DNA from: Lepidodermella squamata
Taxonomy: Eukaryota > Animalia > Gastrotricha
Direction: 5' to 3'
DNA length: 64,000 nt
NCBI GenBank assembly: GCA_047495785.1
Contig: JBLDXI010000030.1
Span: 682,001-746,000 of the forward strand
In this document: piece by piece, positions 61,762 to 64,000 of the stretch
How the letters are laid out: each line of letters starts with the position of its first letter
Numbering within the stretch: the first letter of the stretch is position 1
Notes under the pieces: model-generated
The model's database searches: none
What the model was told of the DNA's origin: nothing
The model's input: only the letters and a program-made list of their open reading frames with translations
Made by a program: the position numbers and the translations under genes

Positions 61762-64000
61762 AATGCGAGTAAAACTCCCAATTTGTGTTATTTCTCATAA
61801 CGTTGCCAAGTACGAAGGACAGCGCAAGGGCGAACAAATGAAATGAATGACAAAAATGAATGTTTTATCTGCGTCCTCCTGTTGCAAAGTGAAAGAAGAT
61901 CAACAACATTTATACCCTTGCGGGTTTAGGGGACGGCGACAGGCGATCAGCTCGAGTCCGACGGCTCGGTCGCGAACAGTGATCGGCTGTGATCTTGCAC
62001 ATTTATTTCATGACCGTGTGTGTAGAACTGACCTTGCGAGATCTTGCATGATCATGTGCGGATTTTTGTTCTAGCAGGGAGCCTGTTTTTTCCCAAAAAT
62101 TCATAATTTTCAATCGATTCAAATCGATTTTTTGGGTCTACCACGTTTTGCCATTTGGCAGATGTTGAAGCTAGCGTGGATACCGATACGAAGCAAACTA
62201 GCTCTGCATTTAATGCTACGTTTATGTTTTTATGTTACGCTCTGTTTATGGGTCCATTTCATCTGCTCTCAGATTATGTATCATTTTTGAGTGAAATACG
62301 ATTTTGTAATTATTTGTATTCACTCAAAAATAAAAACAGATGCCAGCCCGCATTGTGCTCCCCAATTACCTCGCCAGTCGCCAGTTTGCGCATCGAAGTG
62401 TTCAAAGTCCGCGTCTCTTTTGCGTCCGACTGCTATTTTAGGAGTCGAGCTGAGAGAAAGACGACGCTTCCACCCGACTACTACGCGTCGTTTGGGCGCT
62501 TATCGTCTCTTTCTCGTCTCCAGCTAACATACCAGATGACGTTTCCAGCATTTTTCTTTTTTTTCTTAGCGTGCGGCATGCGAGAACCGTAACTGCGAAA
62601 AAATGAAATATTCTAATCCCTGGATTGTTCAACAATTTTTATGTGCGTCTTATCCTCCTTAGCCACCAGCTGAAATAACAAATTAGTTTATTTTTAAGAT
62701 CATCCTTTTCTCCGTTACACGCTGAAAATAAATTAAAATGGAATTTCGCAATGAAAAATCATTTTTAAGTGAGCAGATGAAATAGACTCTTTGTTTCAAA
62801 ATGAAGGAAAAACGCGACGTTATGAGGGCGAAGTAGGATCTTCGAGCTTTTTTTATCTTGCGTAATTTTAGCCCCGAATTTATGTGACCAGAGCGTCTTC
62901 CATGTGATTTGTTGGGTTTTCTTACCTAGGTAACGGGTAACGGGACCTCTCGCAAAGCATTTTCTATCGAGAATTAACTGCCGAGTGCGTCTTGTTGACC
63001 GCGTACAAGATCTAAAACTTCAAATCCAACACAACGAATAAATTGCCGCTAAATTATCTCAGTCATCAATGTTGTTGAAAGTATTATTCTACTTATTGTA
63101 TCGTTTTGATTATTGTTTTGATTATACTTTGTTTTTGCCTTGTTATTCTCTGTTAGCTATAATGAATCCGGTCAATAACTTTGTTGTCTTCTCCTACTAC
63201 ACCTTTCCTGTCCTAACTGAATCTGCCCTCTATTGGATGTACAGCTTCAAAATAAATACAAATAAAATAAATATTGGTTCAATAGCCCTTGAGCATAAAT
63301 CAATATCTTGAAGATTTTCGCCTCGCCGTGATCAAAGGCCTCATTAGTGTGAAATGGGTCTGATCGTTGATATACTCGGTTCGAATAAAAGCTGACTGCT
63401 CTCGCGCCCAAGTCAACTCAAATGTGCCTTTAATGCGGCAGTAAAACCTCGTGGAATGCCAATTCTGCTCGGTGGGGAAAACTTGCTTTTCCTTCCTTTC
63501 ACCTTCCTTTTCTTTCCTTTCACCACAGTTGCACCGGCGAATCGCATCATGTGCAGTATTAGGGATATTCCCTGCTATTCAAATGGTATATATCACTACA
63601 CACTATAATCACTGCGATCGAAATTAAATAGCATATATAGCCTAAATCTATTGCGCGATACATATATCTTTTTATGTCGCACATCAACTGAATGATTTAT
63701 CGACGCTTTTACATCAAATCCTGTCTTAATCGACATCATCGAAAAAATTGTTCATCATCTTTTTAAATTATGTCCCATAATTTCAGACATGCATTGCAAT
63801 ACAATATAAGTACCTGACAATCGAATCTAAATTATTGGTCAAAGCTGCTAACTGTGATGTTTATTTCAGCAGGGCACTCGAAGAAAATCATGTTTTTTTA
63901 TAATATCAAAGATTTCGCGAGAAATAATATTATTCTTTTTTTTAATGTACGATTATTACAACTCTCAAATCCCTATTTGAAATGTTAAGGCCTGGAGAAA

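Noticed and set aside
61847-64000. Short ORFs at the right end of the window
   Set aside because: No homology cues, low-complexity AT-rich translations; probably intergenic or decayed repeats.

Overview
Eukaryotic (invertebrate animal) DNA with a compact gene layout, short GT-AG introns (mostly about 45-60 bp) and many tandem gene duplications; no prokaryotic features or CRISPR array. In order: two small secreted Cys-rich genes; six divergent class-A-like 7TM receptor genes plus a truncated relic; a GPI-type EB/EGF-like Cys-rich gene; three Ctr (SLC31) copper transporter genes packed 60-68 bp apart like a trans-spliced operon; three Patched-related (sterol-sensing/RND) paralogues; a nested transposon complex (about 25.9-32.5 kb) with a perfect 189-bp-arm palindrome and a tyrosine-recombinase-like relic; a secreted protein with five 4-Cys modules plus EGF repeats; a PPDK_N/PEP-utiliser enzyme (rifampicin phosphotransferase/PigC-like) with an exact in-frame 858-bp internal duplication; three minimal Cys-loop ion channel genes with a small prepropeptide gene among them; and several MITEs with readable target-site duplications. 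The strongest candidates for undescribed biology are the putative Ctr operon with CxC ectodomains, the orphan minimal Cys-loop channels with the neighbouring peptide, the Patched-like proteins with a conserved furin-type site, and the orphan GPCR array. All gene models were spliced by eye and all family calls come from motif recognition, not database searches.
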